This document shows, piece by piece, positions 38,727-47,110 of a DNA stretch of 64,000 nucleotides (position 1 is its first letter; each line of letters opens with the position of its first letter). Position numbers and translations under genes: made by a program. The notes beneath the pieces were generated by a model. The model ran no database searches, had not been told where the DNA came from, and saw only the letters and a program-made list of their open reading frames with translations. Location: the sequence record PP534475.1; one strand, given 5' to 3'. This stretch comes from Escherichia phage YJin-2024a.

Positions 38727-39019
38727 TATAGCAACTCGTCTAAGCAAGAGGTATATTTAAGTTTACCATCTTTATCTACTTTGATTTCGACTTCCGCTCG
38801 TGGTACTTGACGAACTACACCATGAATCATCTTATAGCGAATGCCTTTAGCTGGTTCACGATCTTTTGGAAATACTTGCTTAACCGTTACTACCTTGAAA
38901 CCCTCACGCGGTGTTAACACTACTACTTGATCACCTTCTTTGATCTTCCAAGAGCTAGGAAATTCATAGGTATAGCGTTGACCACCAGTTTGGAACACAA
39001 CAGAAAGATAACGTTTCAT
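38726..39019 (-). CDS. hypothetical protein (97 aa)
   Basis: ORF with PN25-like promoter upstream. Confidence 0.5.
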   Translation of the reverse strand: MKRYLSVVFQTGGQRYTYEFPSSWKIKEGDQVVVLTPREGFKVVTVKQVFPKDREPAKGIRYKMIHGVVRQVPRAEVEIKVDKDGKLKYTSCLDELL

Positions 39020-39049
39020 TTGGTTTCCCTCTCATTAATTTATATAAAT

Positions 39050-39078
39050 ATTATAACAAGAAATAAGAGAGAAGGCAA
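39050..39078 (-). promoter_or_regulatory. early sigma70 promoter, PN25-like family
   Basis: TTGCCT-17-TATAAT on the minus strand. Confidence 0.5.
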
Positions 39079-39086
39079 ATGAATTT

Positions 39087-39254
39087 TTAATAAAGTTTAG
39101 TCACTTCATAAACTATACTACGAGATTCTTTATTACGTTGTATTAAATTAGCGTATGCTTCTTCAGCTTCATTTTTAGTATTAAAGTCTATAACGTGAGA
39201 GGTATTAGCTCTATTTGATTGGCTATACCAGATAACTACTAGGAGTTTAAACAT
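39087..39254 (-). CDS. hypothetical protein
   Basis: Start moved to the internal Met with AAGGAT RBS to avoid the adjacent tRNA. Confidence 0.35.
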   Translation of the reverse strand: MFKLLVVIWYSQSNRANTSHVIDFNTKNEAEEAYANLIQRNKESRSIVYEVTKLY

Positions 39255-39268
39255 ACTAATCCTTAAAT

Positions 39269-39355
39269 TGGTGCTGGGCACAGGATTCGAACCTGCAACG
39301 GGATTACTCCTCCTGATTACAAATCAGGTGCATTCAACCATTCTGCCAACCCAGC
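39269..39355 (-). tRNA. type II tRNA (long variable arm), anticodon loop UUUGUAA, isotype uncertain
   Basis: 87 nt; 3-bp D stem and 15-nt variable arm; anticodon reads UGU, which is atypical for a type II body. Confidence 0.5.
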
Positions 39356-39520
39356 AGAACCCGTTATTTCAACGGGATTTCTTTTTCAATAACAAGAGAC
39401 TTGTCAGTCATAACTGTCATTGCCATTTGTTGTAGAAATTCAAAGGTGAAGGCTACACGTTCTTCACCAATCTCTACTTCTACACGTTTCTTTTGTTTAT
39501 CGATCTTGACTTTTAGGTTA

Positions 39521-39742
39521 TCAGCCATCTTCGGGTTCTCGTTGCTGCGCTACTTCTAGCCAGTCTGGTAGAAGAAACTTTGTACGAAATTCTTCGTAAG
39601 TTTCTTTGGGATAAAAGCTAAAACCTCCTTTCTCGTCATTCAGGATAACAGAGCCGTCAGTTTGTTCGTATGCTCGGTATGTTTCTCCAATAACAATAAC
39701 TCGTTTATCGGTACTTTTATTACGAAATTCAAAAACGTGCAT
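39521..39742 (-). CDS. hypothetical protein (73 aa)
   Basis: ORF only. Confidence 0.45.
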   Translation of the reverse strand: MHVFEFRNKSTDKRVIVIGETYRAYEQTDGSVILNDEKGGFSFYPKETYEEFRTKFLLPDWLEVAQQREPEDG

Positions 39743-39758
39743 AACGTTTCCTTAAAGT

Positions 39759-39834
39759 TGGAGCGGCTAGAGGGAATCGAACCCTACTCAGCGAGGCTTG
39801 GAAGGCCTGCGACACAACCCGTGTGCTTAACCGC
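39759..39834 (-). tRNA. tRNA-Gly (UCC)
   Basis: Acceptor and T-arm pairing; loop CUUCCAA. Confidence 0.7.
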
Positions 39835-39842
39835 TTATTGTT

Positions 39843-39919
39843 TGGCTGGAGAAGGAGGAATCGAACCTACCATTAACGGAGTCAAAGGCCGTTGTGCTAA
39901 CCGTTACACTACTCTCCAA
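39843..39919 (-). tRNA. tRNA-Gln (UUG)
   Basis: Acceptor and T-arm pairing; loop CUUUGAC. Confidence 0.7.
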
Positions 39920-39924
39920 TTATT

Positions 39925-40000
39925 TGGCTGGAGTGCCTGGGATCGAACCAGGAACCTTCGGAGTCAGAGGCCGACGATCTGCCAATTGATCTACACTCCA
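39925..40000 (-). tRNA. tRNA-Gln (CUG)
   Basis: Perfect acceptor pairing; loop CUCUGAC. Confidence 0.7.
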
Positions 40001-40008
40001 ATAATCCT

Positions 40009-40209
40009 TTACTCTACAGGAACCGTGGCTATTGGTTCTGGTTCTTCTAGACGTTTGCCTTCATGATCTACACGAATAACACCACAACCTTCACAGATTA
40101 CAACAGCACCGTAGCCTTCTTTAACTTCGGCTTCTGTAATCAAACCAGAAAGATCACCAGTATCTTTACCCCACATATCAATGGAGCATTGTTTGCAGAA
40201 ATCAGCCAT
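40009..40209 (-). CDS. zinc-ribbon protein (66 aa)
   Basis: CKQC ... CEGCG cysteine pairs. Confidence 0.45.
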   Translation of the reverse strand: MADFCKQCSIDMWGKDTGDLSGLITEAEVKEGYGAVVICEGCGVIRVDHEGKRLEEPEPIATVPVE

Positions 40210-40234
40210 ATTTTATTTCCTATTTAAGTTAATT

Positions 40235-40311
40235 TGGGGTGGCTAGTGGAATTCGAATCCACATAGGCCTGATTCACAATCAGGATCATTAACCAATTAT
40301 GATATAGCCAC
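40235..40311 (-). tRNA. tRNA-His (GUG)
   Basis: Perfect acceptor and T stems; loop UUGUGAA. Confidence 0.7.
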
Positions 40312-40680
40312 AATTGAAAACTCGCAGGGTTAGCGAAACCTTCCTCAATTAGCATGTTCTAGAATACTAATCAAGTTATCTCCTATTGCACGCAGCTCAA
40401 GACGAGTACGAGTTTTCAATTGTGGCGGCTCTCCGAAACTCTTCTACTCTAGCCTTAGCAGCTTACTCCCGAACGCATGTCGGGAAAGTCTTACTAAGAG
40501 CATCAAATAGCTCCGTTACACTTTGAGCCATAGATGTATCAAGAAGCAGAAGGACTTGAACCTTCACGAGATAGACCATTTATCTCAGCCGCTTTATGAG
40601 GTATGTTGTAGAGAGTGGATGTTCTCTATAAACCTTTTAGGCAGCCCCGTCTACCAATTCCGGCATACTTCAAGAATTTC

Positions 40681-40863
40681 TTATAAACCAGCAGAAGCCT
40701 CATTTAAAGCATCAACAATAGCCTGTTGTTGCGTCCATCCTCTACCAGTAGAATTAACATGTGGAAGATATACTTCCCAATAACCGTCCTCTAGTAAGGT
40801 TATTTGTGCACTAAACTCTGTGCCATCAGTTAGTGTAACCTTCACAGTTTTTGTTAAAGACAT
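40681..40863 (-). CDS. hypothetical protein (60 aa)
   Basis: ORF only. Confidence 0.4.
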   Translation of the reverse strand: MSLTKTVKVTLTDGTEFSAQITLLEDGYWEVYLPHVNSTGRGWTQQQAIVDALNEASAGL

Positions 40864-40879
40864 ATATTATCCTATAAGT

Positions 40880-40969
40880 TGGCAGAAGATAATGGAGTCG
40901 AACCATCACCGTATCGCTACAGCGGGCTGGTTTTCAAGACCAGTTACGTACCACTACGTCCTATCTTCT
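40880..40969 (-). tRNA. tRNA-Ser (UGA), type II
   Basis: 90 nt; perfect acceptor pairing; loop CUUGAAA. Confidence 0.7.
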
Positions 40970-40975
40970 ATTGTT

Positions 40976-41066
40976 TGGCGGAAGAGGAGAGATTTGAACT
41001 CTCAAGCCGTTTTACCAGTCAGCCACTTTCCAAGCGGTTTTCGTCGCCAATTCGATTTGCTCTTCC
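40976..41066 (-). tRNA. tRNA-Ser (GGA), type II
   Basis: 91 nt; perfect acceptor and T stems; loop UUGGAAA. Confidence 0.6.
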
Positions 41067-41178
41067 AATAATAAGATGATGCCTCTATCACACCAGGCAG
41101 TTACGCCTCGCTGGGATTCGAACCCATTAAAACAGCTCAACCGAGATAGTAGGTTTAATTTACTCTGACCATCAAATT

Positions 41179-41255
41179 TGGTGCGTGACAAGGGATTCGA
41201 ACCCTCAAAACCCGACTTCTAAGGACGGTATGTATGCCAATTCCATCAATCACGC
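41179..41255 (-). tRNA. tRNA, anticodon UAG (Leu-like) with short variable arm
   Basis: Acceptor and T-arm pairing; GAATTGG D-loop; loop CUUAGAA. Confidence 0.55.
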
Positions 41256-41260
41256 ATGTT

Positions 41261-41339
41261 TGGTGGAGAATAACGGAATCGAACCGTTCTGATGTCCTCG
41301 GTGCAAGCGAGGTGTCCACTCCATGCAGACCCATTCCCC
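41261..41339 (-). tRNA. tRNA-Ala (UGC)
   Basis: Acceptor and T-arm pairing; loop CUUGCAC. Confidence 0.65.
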
Positions 41340-41671
41340 AAATTCTTTAGTTTACTAAGGCTATTAGCTCGGCGTAACTACAGCACCTTCGCTTCAAGCG
41401 GAAGGAACCGCGTCATCTCGCAAACCCGATACACTATTCAGTTGCCACTGAATCTAGTGGACTAATCTAGAACTTCTCCCGAATCGTAGGGATCGTGCTT
41501 TTTGGCAGCCAGTCCTAGGTCGAGCTAATACCTTAGTGAACTAAATTGATGGATACCAGACTAATTTTGCTACGACGTTTATCCTGGGGATCTCTTTTTC
41601 GGTAGCTCTGCTAGTGTAGACGTCATACACCTGGTATCTAGGCAGCTATTTTCGCATCAATTTATATAAAT

Positions 41672-41700
41672 ATAATAACAAGAAATTAAGCATCAAGCAA
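41672..41700 (-). promoter_or_regulatory. early sigma70 promoter feeding a tRNA operon through a ~330 nt non-coding leader
   Basis: TTGCTT-17-TATTAT on the minus strand; no ORF downstream before the tRNAs. Confidence 0.45.
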
Positions 41701-41718
41701 CTACGTTTTTCTTGAAAT

Positions 41719-41797
41719 TGGTAGATCGCCTGGGACTCGAACCCAGAACCTTCCGATTAAAAGTCGGATGCTACTAAACCTATTGAGCTAGCGATCT
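41719..41797 (-). tRNA. tRNA-Lys (UUU)
   Basis: Perfect acceptor, T and anticodon stems; loop CUUUUAA. Confidence 0.7.
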
Positions 41798-41986
41798 ATT
41801 AGTAACCATTGTATACTTCTTTAATAGAGTGAACTTTCAGGTAATGGTGATTAGTACTAAACTCTACCATTACTTCATCCCAATTTTTACCATAATGGGC
41901 AAGTAAGGATTTTGATGTATTCTTACCTAACCGTTTGTCACTTACTACTAATCGAAATACTTTCATTTCGAAATCCTCTATTAAAA

Positions 41987-42064
41987 TGGAAGCGGGTGCA
42001 GGAATCGAACCTACCTCTTTCTAGCTTATGAGACTAGCGATCTCTACCAGAGATCTAACCCGCA
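41987..42064 (-). tRNA. tRNA with CAU anticodon (second copy; Met/fMet/Ile2)
   Basis: Loop CUCAUAA; 1-72 position unpaired, as in initiator-type tRNAs. Confidence 0.6.
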
Positions 42065-42070
42065 ATTGTT

Positions 42071-42148
42071 TGGTCTCCGTGAGAGGATTTGAACCCCCGA
42101 CCCTATCGCCCCAAACGAAACGCTCTGGCCAAACTGAGCTACACGGAG
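42071..42148 (-). tRNA. tRNA-Pro (UGG)
   Basis: Perfect acceptor pairing; loop UUUGGGG. Confidence 0.65.
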
Positions 42149-42150
42149 AA

Positions 42151-42310
42151 TATTATTTCTTCAACCACAACAAAGATAAGCCCAGCATACTAAAGCCGCT
42201 AACTAATCCGATACATTTTTCTTCTATAGTAAAAGTATCTAGATTAAATGCTGTTATAGCTATTGGCATACACCATAATGCCATAAAAACTTGAGCTATC
42301 TTGTGTTTCA
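42151..42310 (-). CDS. small membrane peptide (53 aa)
   Basis: GAAGGAAAG RBS; hydrophobic; behind a PN25-like promoter; not in the ORF track. Confidence 0.35.
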
Positions 42311-42343
42311 TTTTGCTTTCCTTCTCTTCACTTTATAAAATAT

Positions 42344-42372
42344 ATTATACAGAGAATTAAGCAGAATAGCAA
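42344..42372 (-). promoter_or_regulatory. early sigma70 promoter, PN25-like family
   Basis: TTGCTA-17-TATAAT on the minus strand. Confidence 0.55.
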
Positions 42373-42764
42373 ATGAATTTTTAATAAATTTACTTATTGT
42401 GTAGGCCACCTGGAGGCTATGAACCCCACGGCTGACAAAGAAGTTTGCGAGACCTCTCTTAAATGCCAGAATAGACCCGCCGATCTATCGGAACCTACAT
42501 AATAAGTAAACTTTATAGTGTCATTCTAGACAGGACTCGAACCTGTTATCACTTGTGCGGACTTACGAGAACCATTCTTTCACTCGAATCGAACGAGCTT
42601 CTGCCCTAGCCAAGCTGGTTTCCCCATCAACCACGCTAGAATGTTTGATTGTTTTCAGTGCAAGAGTCCGAGTCTTGGACACGACCGCTTCGCAAGTACA
42701 TAGGCAGCTTATCATGAGTCAGCACTTCCGAATTGCTAGCTCCGTGTTCTGCACTGAAATTTTG

Positions 42765-43112
42765 TTAATTTAATAGTAAAGTACGATCTACTTCACCATT
42801 AATTGTTCGGCATTCTTCTGGGATTGCTGGTGTAGTCTTATATTCCCACCATTCAGAACCATCATATTCACCACGTTCTAACCAAGTTCCGTCAGTAAAC
42901 CATACATTACCATAAAGCAATTGCCCACCGAAACCCGAGTCATATTTAAAGTCTAGATTATTTAGAAAATCTTCAATATCTTTTTCTGTATAACCTACGG
43001 GCAATACCCAAACTTCTTTGTCTCCATAATAACCGAATTCTATCTTAATACACTTAACTTCAGAATTAGTATTCTTTAGGGCAAGTAACAACTCTTCTTT
43101 AGCATTAATCAT
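42765..43112 (-). CDS. hypothetical protein (115 aa)
   Basis: ORF only. Confidence 0.5.
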   Translation of the reverse strand: MINAKEELLLALKNTNSEVKCIKIEFGYYGDKEVWVLPVGYTEKDIEDFLNNLDFKYDSGFGGQLLYGNVWFTDGTWLERGEYDGSEWWEYKTTPAIPEECRTINGEVDRTLLLN

Positions 43113-43138
43113 AGCATATTTCTCGTGCTAGTTTAATT

Positions 43139-43215
43139 TGGCGCGACCGATGGGATTCGAACCCACATTCTCTCCCGTGACAGGGGAGTACCATTACCAA
43201 GCCAGCCCCGGTCGC
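43139..43215 (-). tRNA. tRNA-Asp (GUC)
   Basis: Perfect acceptor pairing; loop CUGUCAC. Confidence 0.75.
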
Positions 43216-43224
43216 ATAATTCAT

Positions 43225-43410
43225 TTACTCAGCTTTGAGTTTTTCAATAGCTGCATTAAGTTCCTTAAGAAACTCTTTTCGTACATTAAGACGATTAAGA
43301 CTTACTAGTATATCATGTTTAAGTTCTTCGATGTATTTCTTCTCAACTTCAATATTGTTGATAGTGCTATCACGATGAACTTCTAGCTGCGCAATTACAT
43401 TCTTGGACAT
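43225..43410 (-). CDS. hypothetical coiled-coil protein (61 aa)
   Basis: ORF only. Confidence 0.4.
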   Translation of the reverse strand: MSKNVIAQLEVHRDSTINNIEVEKKYIEELKHDILVSLNRLNVRKEFLKELNAAIEKLKAE

Positions 43411-43512
43411 GCTTGTTTCCTCAGTTATTAATGAAAATGGTATCTGTGGCTGAATTCGATGTCAGCAATGATAGCTGGTTGGCTACCGGTTTACTTAACT
43501 CTACACAGAATT

Positions 43513-43595
43513 TGGCGGGCCGTGTAGGATTCGAACCTACGTTGTCTTTCGACATGGATTAACAGTCCACCGCCAAACCGCTTGGCTAACGACCC
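43513..43595 (-). tRNA. tRNA with GUU anticodon (Asn) on a body carrying a 13-nt variable hairpin
   Basis: 83 nt; acceptor and T-arm pairing; loop CUGUUAA; extra arm GTC-GAAA-GAC. Confidence 0.55.
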
Positions 43596-43747
43596 TAAAT
43601 TTATATTGCTGACTAGGATTTTCACCTAGACGGAGTTAGCACCGTAGCGTGTAGCGGCATACCTCTCCAAACCGTGCCTCATCTTTCAATTACGGAGACA
43701 GTGTTCCTACGCGTGCCTGAATTGTTTTAACAATTCTTTCAGCAAAT

Positions 43748-43823
43748 TGGACGACCGCATGAGATTTGAACTCACATAAAAAGGATTTGCAATCCTTCGC
43801 CTAAGCCATTCAGCCAACGGTCG
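43748..43823 (-). tRNA. tRNA-Cys (GCA)
   Basis: Acceptor pairing; perfect anticodon stem; loop UUGCAAA. Confidence 0.7.
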
Positions 43824-43871
43824 ATTTATCTTATTCTATCATGTTGCTTCTCCAGTTCAATTTATGTAATT

Positions 43872-43900
43872 ATTATACAGAACTTTTGGAAACTAAGCAA
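43872..43900 (-). promoter_or_regulatory. early sigma70 promoter upstream of tRNA-Cys
   Basis: TTGCTT-17-TATAAT on the minus strand. Confidence 0.5.
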
Positions 43901-44180
43901 CTACATTTTTTAAGAATTTGATGCCTTTCTTTTTCTTCTTATATTTCCACGTTAATGGATTCTGTCGATTGTGAACGCTTGAGATCTTTGTCTCGTCAAA
44001 GTTCTTCAATATCATGTAATCACAAGATAATTGTTCTAATGGAATGTGATCACCGTCAAAAGCGTATACATAAGGCTGTTGACTAGCACGATAATGATAG
44101 ACTTTGTTAATTCTACGTTTCAGCGACTTATCCGCGCAGTAAATAAAGAAGTTTTCAGGATGCATCAGCAGCTCCTTCAA
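43893..44180 (-). CDS. hypothetical basic protein (95 aa)
   Basis: ORF only. Confidence 0.45.
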   Translation of the reverse strand: MKELLMHPENFFIYCADKSLKRRINKVYHYRASQQPYVYAFDGDHIPLEQLSCDYMILKNFDETKISSVHNRQNPLTWKYKKKKKGIKFLKNVVA

Positions 44181-44263
44181 ATTGGTGCACCCTGTTCGTA
44201 TCGAACGAACCTCTCAAGCTCTTCAGGCAAGCGCTAATCCATCTCAGCTAAAGGTGCAAATTT

Positions 44264-44340
44264 TGGCAAACCTACTAGGACTCGAACCTAGACCGTACGG
44301 TTTTGGAGACCGACATGCTGTCCAGTAACACTCTAGGAAT
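44264..44340 (-). tRNA. tRNA-like, anticodon loop CUCCAAA (Trp CCA) but acceptor stem does not pair
   Basis: Perfect T-arm and anticodon arm; CCA encoded; no complementary 5' acceptor strand found. Confidence 0.4.
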
Positions 44341-44348
44341 GCAGGAAT

Positions 44349-44425
44349 TGGCGTCCTGTGCGGGGATCGAACCCGCAAATCCTACCTTGAAAGGGTAGTG
44401 ACTTTACCAGTTTGTCTAACAGGAC
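44349..44425 (-). tRNA. tRNA-Glu (UUC)
   Basis: Perfect acceptor, T and anticodon stems; loop CUUUCAA. Confidence 0.75.
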
Positions 44426-44431
44426 TTAAAT

Positions 44432-44519
44432 TGGTGGGGAAAGATGGAGTCGAACCACCCGAGTCGCAATGACAACTGATTTACAGTCAGCTCTGCTACC
44501 ACTTACAGAATATTTCCCC
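44432..44519 (-). tRNA. tRNA-Tyr (GUA), type II
   Basis: 88 nt; perfect acceptor pairing; loop CUGUAAA. Confidence 0.7.
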
Positions 44520-44650
44520 ATATTTAGAAGTATTCAAAAAATTCTAATTTAAACACTTTTAAATATGTTTCCAAATTAGATAACTATTATACCAAGTTTT
44601 AAGGCACTGAGCAAGTCAAATTTTAAAGAACTTGCTCAGTGCTGTATTAG

Positions 44651-44926
44651 TTAGTCGAACTTAGGAGCGACAGTTAAGGAGAACGGAAGTTCGAAAACTT
44701 CTTCGCCCTCATCACTAACAGTAATTACACGACCTTTAAGTTCAGACATTGAAATATCAATATCAGCTTTTGCATCTGGAGCCATGCCAGCTTCAACACA
44801 TTTAGCTTTAATTTCCGGCAGAAGTTCTACATCGTAGAAATAAAGCCATTCAATCTCACCTTCCCAGCCTTCCCAGGATTTACAGATTGCACTTTCAATA
44901 CCAGTTGCTATAACACGATTTTGCAT
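44651..44926 (-). CDS. hypothetical acidic protein (91 aa)
   Basis: ORF with promoter upstream. Confidence 0.5.
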   Translation of the reverse strand: MQNRVIATGIESAICKSWEGWEGEIEWLYFYDVELLPEIKAKCVEAGMAPDAKADIDISMSELKGRVITVSDEGEEVFELPFSLTVAPKFD

Positions 44927-44956
44927 TCGTTAACTCCTTCATCAATTTATATAACT

Positions 44957-44986
44957 ATTATACCAGAAATTTAAAGCAAAAGGCAA
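44957..44986 (-). promoter_or_regulatory. early sigma70 promoter, PN25-like family
   Basis: TTGCCT-18-TATAAT on the minus strand. Confidence 0.45.
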
Positions 44987-45016
44987 GTACATTTTTAAAA
45001 ATTCTGTTTGGAGGAG

Positions 45017-45223
45017 CTAAACTCCAGATTCTTCAGCCAAGTCTAGACTAATAAGAGATATAGCCATAATTGCCGCTCCATGTTCTTTTTCTCCAGTCTC
45101 TTTAGCTAGAGTTATAATGTCAAGAAATTGCTTATGAAAATCTGCAACCTCTTGAGTTATACCTGCCTCAGCAATCATACCTTTAAGCATGAAACGTTGT
45201 GCGGTAATTTCAGGATTAGCCAT
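45017..45223 (-). CDS. hypothetical protein (68 aa)
   Basis: ORF only. Confidence 0.4.
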   Translation of the reverse strand: MANPEITAQRFMLKGMIAEAGITQEVADFHKQFLDIITLAKETGEKEHGAAIMAISLISLDLAEESGV

Positions 45224-45398
45224 GTTGTTTCTCCAGTTTCATCTTTAATAGTCTACAAATAAAATCAATGTCTTCATCCGTGCCTAGATCTCTATCTTCA
45301 AGAGTTGCCTTGAAGTTTTTAGTCAATTCCATAAGGATGACTTCCCTAGAACGACGTGTTGGCGGAGGTGGATGTCTATACATCTTATTTCCTTAATT

Positions 45399-45475
45399 TG
45401 GTAGGGGTGGTGGGATTCGAACCCACAAAACCTGAATTTTAAGTCCAGTACCTATGCCAATTCGATTACACCCCC
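45399..45475 (-). tRNA. tRNA, anticodon UAA (Leu-like) with short variable arm
   Basis: Acceptor and T-arm pairing; GAATTGG D-loop; loop CUUAAAA. Confidence 0.55.
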
Positions 45476-45576
45476 GTGTAATCAGTTTATTAGTTGATAC
45501 ATATTATAGCCTAGTGAAAATCCTACTACTAGTCCCACAAACCAACCAATATAATAATCTTTTAGTTTCACAGGTA

Positions 45577-45762
45577 TTATCCTCGTTCAATATCTAGGGA
45601 AATACCACAGTTAGGATTAATACCTGTACCACTGCAATTTGGGCAAACCCAGATATTGCAAAAAGTATCTCCTGCTTCTGCATCAGAACTTTCACCAATT
45701 CCCCTACACTCAGGGCAGACACATTCTTCTAGCTCTTGCTTGAGTTCTTGAAACTTAGACAT
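45577..45762 (-). CDS. small zinc-finger protein with two CxxCxGxG motifs (DnaJ-type zinc centre)
   Basis: CPECRGIG and CPNCSGTG. Confidence 0.5.
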   Translation of the reverse strand: MSKFQELKQELEECVCPECRGIGESSDAEAGDTFCNIWVCPNCSGTGINPNCGISLDIERG

Positions 45763-45770
45763 ATAGTCTC

Positions 45771-46172
45771 CTAATTAAGTTTTTCAAAACGACCTAGAGA
45801 ATCTCTAGTCATCTTATTTAAGATTTTTCCCATATTCTGCTTTCTTGTGAATAATTCTAGGTTAGGTAAAGCATTATTAGACTTATCATCATCTTTGTGC
45901 TCTATTTCATAGCCTTCCGGTATTTCACCGTTGAAAGCCATCCATACGAGTCTGTGCACATATTCATTTTTACCTAGTCCCTTATTGCAAATTTTCACCT
46001 GAAAATATCCAGATTTACCATTGCAACGTGGAGATAATACCTTTCCTTTTATAGTTCTAGTGTACTCGCTATATTGATTTCGTTGTGTTATTATTCTATC
46101 CTTAGTTTCTATTGTACCATTTAAGTGTACAATTAAAATAACACCAAAGTACTCAAATTCAACCTTTTCCAT
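45771..46172 (-). CDS. HNH homing endonuclease
   Basis: EIEHKDDDKSNNALPNLELFTRKQN HNH-family motif. Confidence 0.65.
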   Translation of the reverse strand: MEKVEFEYFGVILIVHLNGTIETKDRIITQRNQYSEYTRTIKGKVLSPRCNGKSGYFQVKICNKGLGKNEYVHRLVWMAFNGEIPEGYEIEHKDDDKSNNALPNLELFTRKQNMGKILNKMTRDSLGRFEKLN

Positions 46173-46186
46173 ACGTAATACCTAAT

Positions 46187-46261
46187 TGGTGGGTCGGAGG
46201 AGAATCTAACTCCTACTCATTAGCTTATGAGGCCACCGCTTTAACTTTAAGCTACCGACCC
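46187..46261 (-). tRNA. tRNA-like with non-canonical anticodon loop and T-loop
   Basis: Perfect acceptor and T stems, CCA encoded, but a 6-nt anticodon loop between perfect 5-bp stems and a TTAGATT T-loop. Confidence 0.4.
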
Positions 46262-46267
46262 TATGTT

Positions 46268-46361
46268 TGGAGGAAGATGCCAGACTCGAACTGGCACACC
46301 GTGTTTCCACAGTTACTGGCTGTTTAGCAAACAGCTCCCTTACCTTTAGGGTTAATCTTCC
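46268..46361 (-). tRNA. tRNA-Ser (GCU), type II
   Basis: 94 nt; perfect acceptor and T stems; loop UUGCUAA. Confidence 0.65.
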
Positions 46362-46382
46362 AAATTTATAAGATATATTATA

Positions 46383-46844
46383 TTAGAAATTTAGCTTCAT
46401 AGCAAGAAAATTTTTCAAGTTTTCGGTAGACATCTCATCCACATCTATAGGAGAAACAAAGCCGTTTAATTTTCTAGCAAATTTTTCACCTGCAGGGTCA
46501 TTATCCCCGACAGCTACCAATTTAAAAGGTAGTAATTTCAGTTGCTTTAATAACGCAACTGCCTTAAATACAGATTCAGCAATCAATACTACTTTTTCAT
46601 CTCCATTGAGAGTTTCTAGTCCCCATACACACTGGGTAGTAGAATGAGTAAAGTATTTAGCTTCAAAGGGGCACTTACCATGACCTTTTGGAGCAGAAGG
46701 ATTATAAGTTTGATAGCCCCTCAACATCCCAGAGAAGTCATATAACGGGACTGTTAGCCATCCTTCCGGACTTAACCAGCAATGATATTTATCTGTATCA
46801 AATCCTCTAGATAAGAGGTGCTGTGTTAGCTCATCAACATTCAT
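46383..46844 (-). CDS. Toprim-like domain protein
   Basis: VVLIAESVF ... VAVGDNDPAG resembles the Toprim acidic motif. Confidence 0.45.
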   Translation of the reverse strand: MNVDELTQHLLSRGFDTDKYHCWLSPEGWLTVPLYDFSGMLRGYQTYNPSAPKGHGKCPFEAKYFTHSTTQCVWGLETLNGDEKVVLIAESVFKAVALLKQLKLLPFKLVAVGDNDPAGEKFARKLNGFVSPIDVDEMSTENLKNFLAMKLNF

Positions 46845-46874
46845 ATTTGGTTCCTCTCTCAAATTTATAGATAT

Positions 46875-46903
46875 ATTATACAGAGAATTTAGCATTCAAG
46901 CAA
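46875..46903 (-). promoter_or_regulatory. early sigma70 promoter, PN25-like family
   Basis: TTGCTT-17-TATAAT on the minus strand. Confidence 0.55.
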
Positions 46904-47019
46904 TCAAATTTTTTAACTTTTTAGAGAAAAATCATAGGGCACTTAAGGATAGCAGATAAGTGGTGAGGACCAAAATTTGTGACCCCACTAAAAATCCGGG
47001 GGTAATTTTTAAAGACCCC

Positions 47020-47048
47020 TTGACATTTTCGCTGGGGTAGTGTAAAGT
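47020..47048 (+). promoter_or_regulatory. sigma70 promoter for the plus-strand island (TTGACA-17-TAAAGT)
   Basis: Perfect -35 TTGACA at 47020-47025; weaker -10. Confidence 0.5.
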
Positions 47049-47110
47049 ATATGTTATGGATGAGTGATCAAAGAGACACACATTTTCTATATACTAGGAG
47101 GTGTCAAAAA

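Noticed and set aside
40535-40620. tRNA gene at the T-arm-like hairpin GAAGG-ACTTGAA-CCTTC
   Set aside because: No CCA, no complementary 5' acceptor strand, and the only candidate anticodon hairpin lacks U33; at most a tRNA-like remnant.
41095-41175. tRNA gene at the GGGATTCGAACCC T-arm
   Set aside because: Acceptor 3' strand has no 5' partner within 90 nt and no anticodon arm could be folded; likely a truncated pseudo-tRNA.
42522-42652. One or two tRNA genes at the two T-arm-like hairpins (42530-42546 and 42582-42598)
   Set aside because: A perfect 7-nt acceptor complement exists only about 120 nt away and no anticodon arm folds; could be a pseudo-tRNA pair or another structured RNA.
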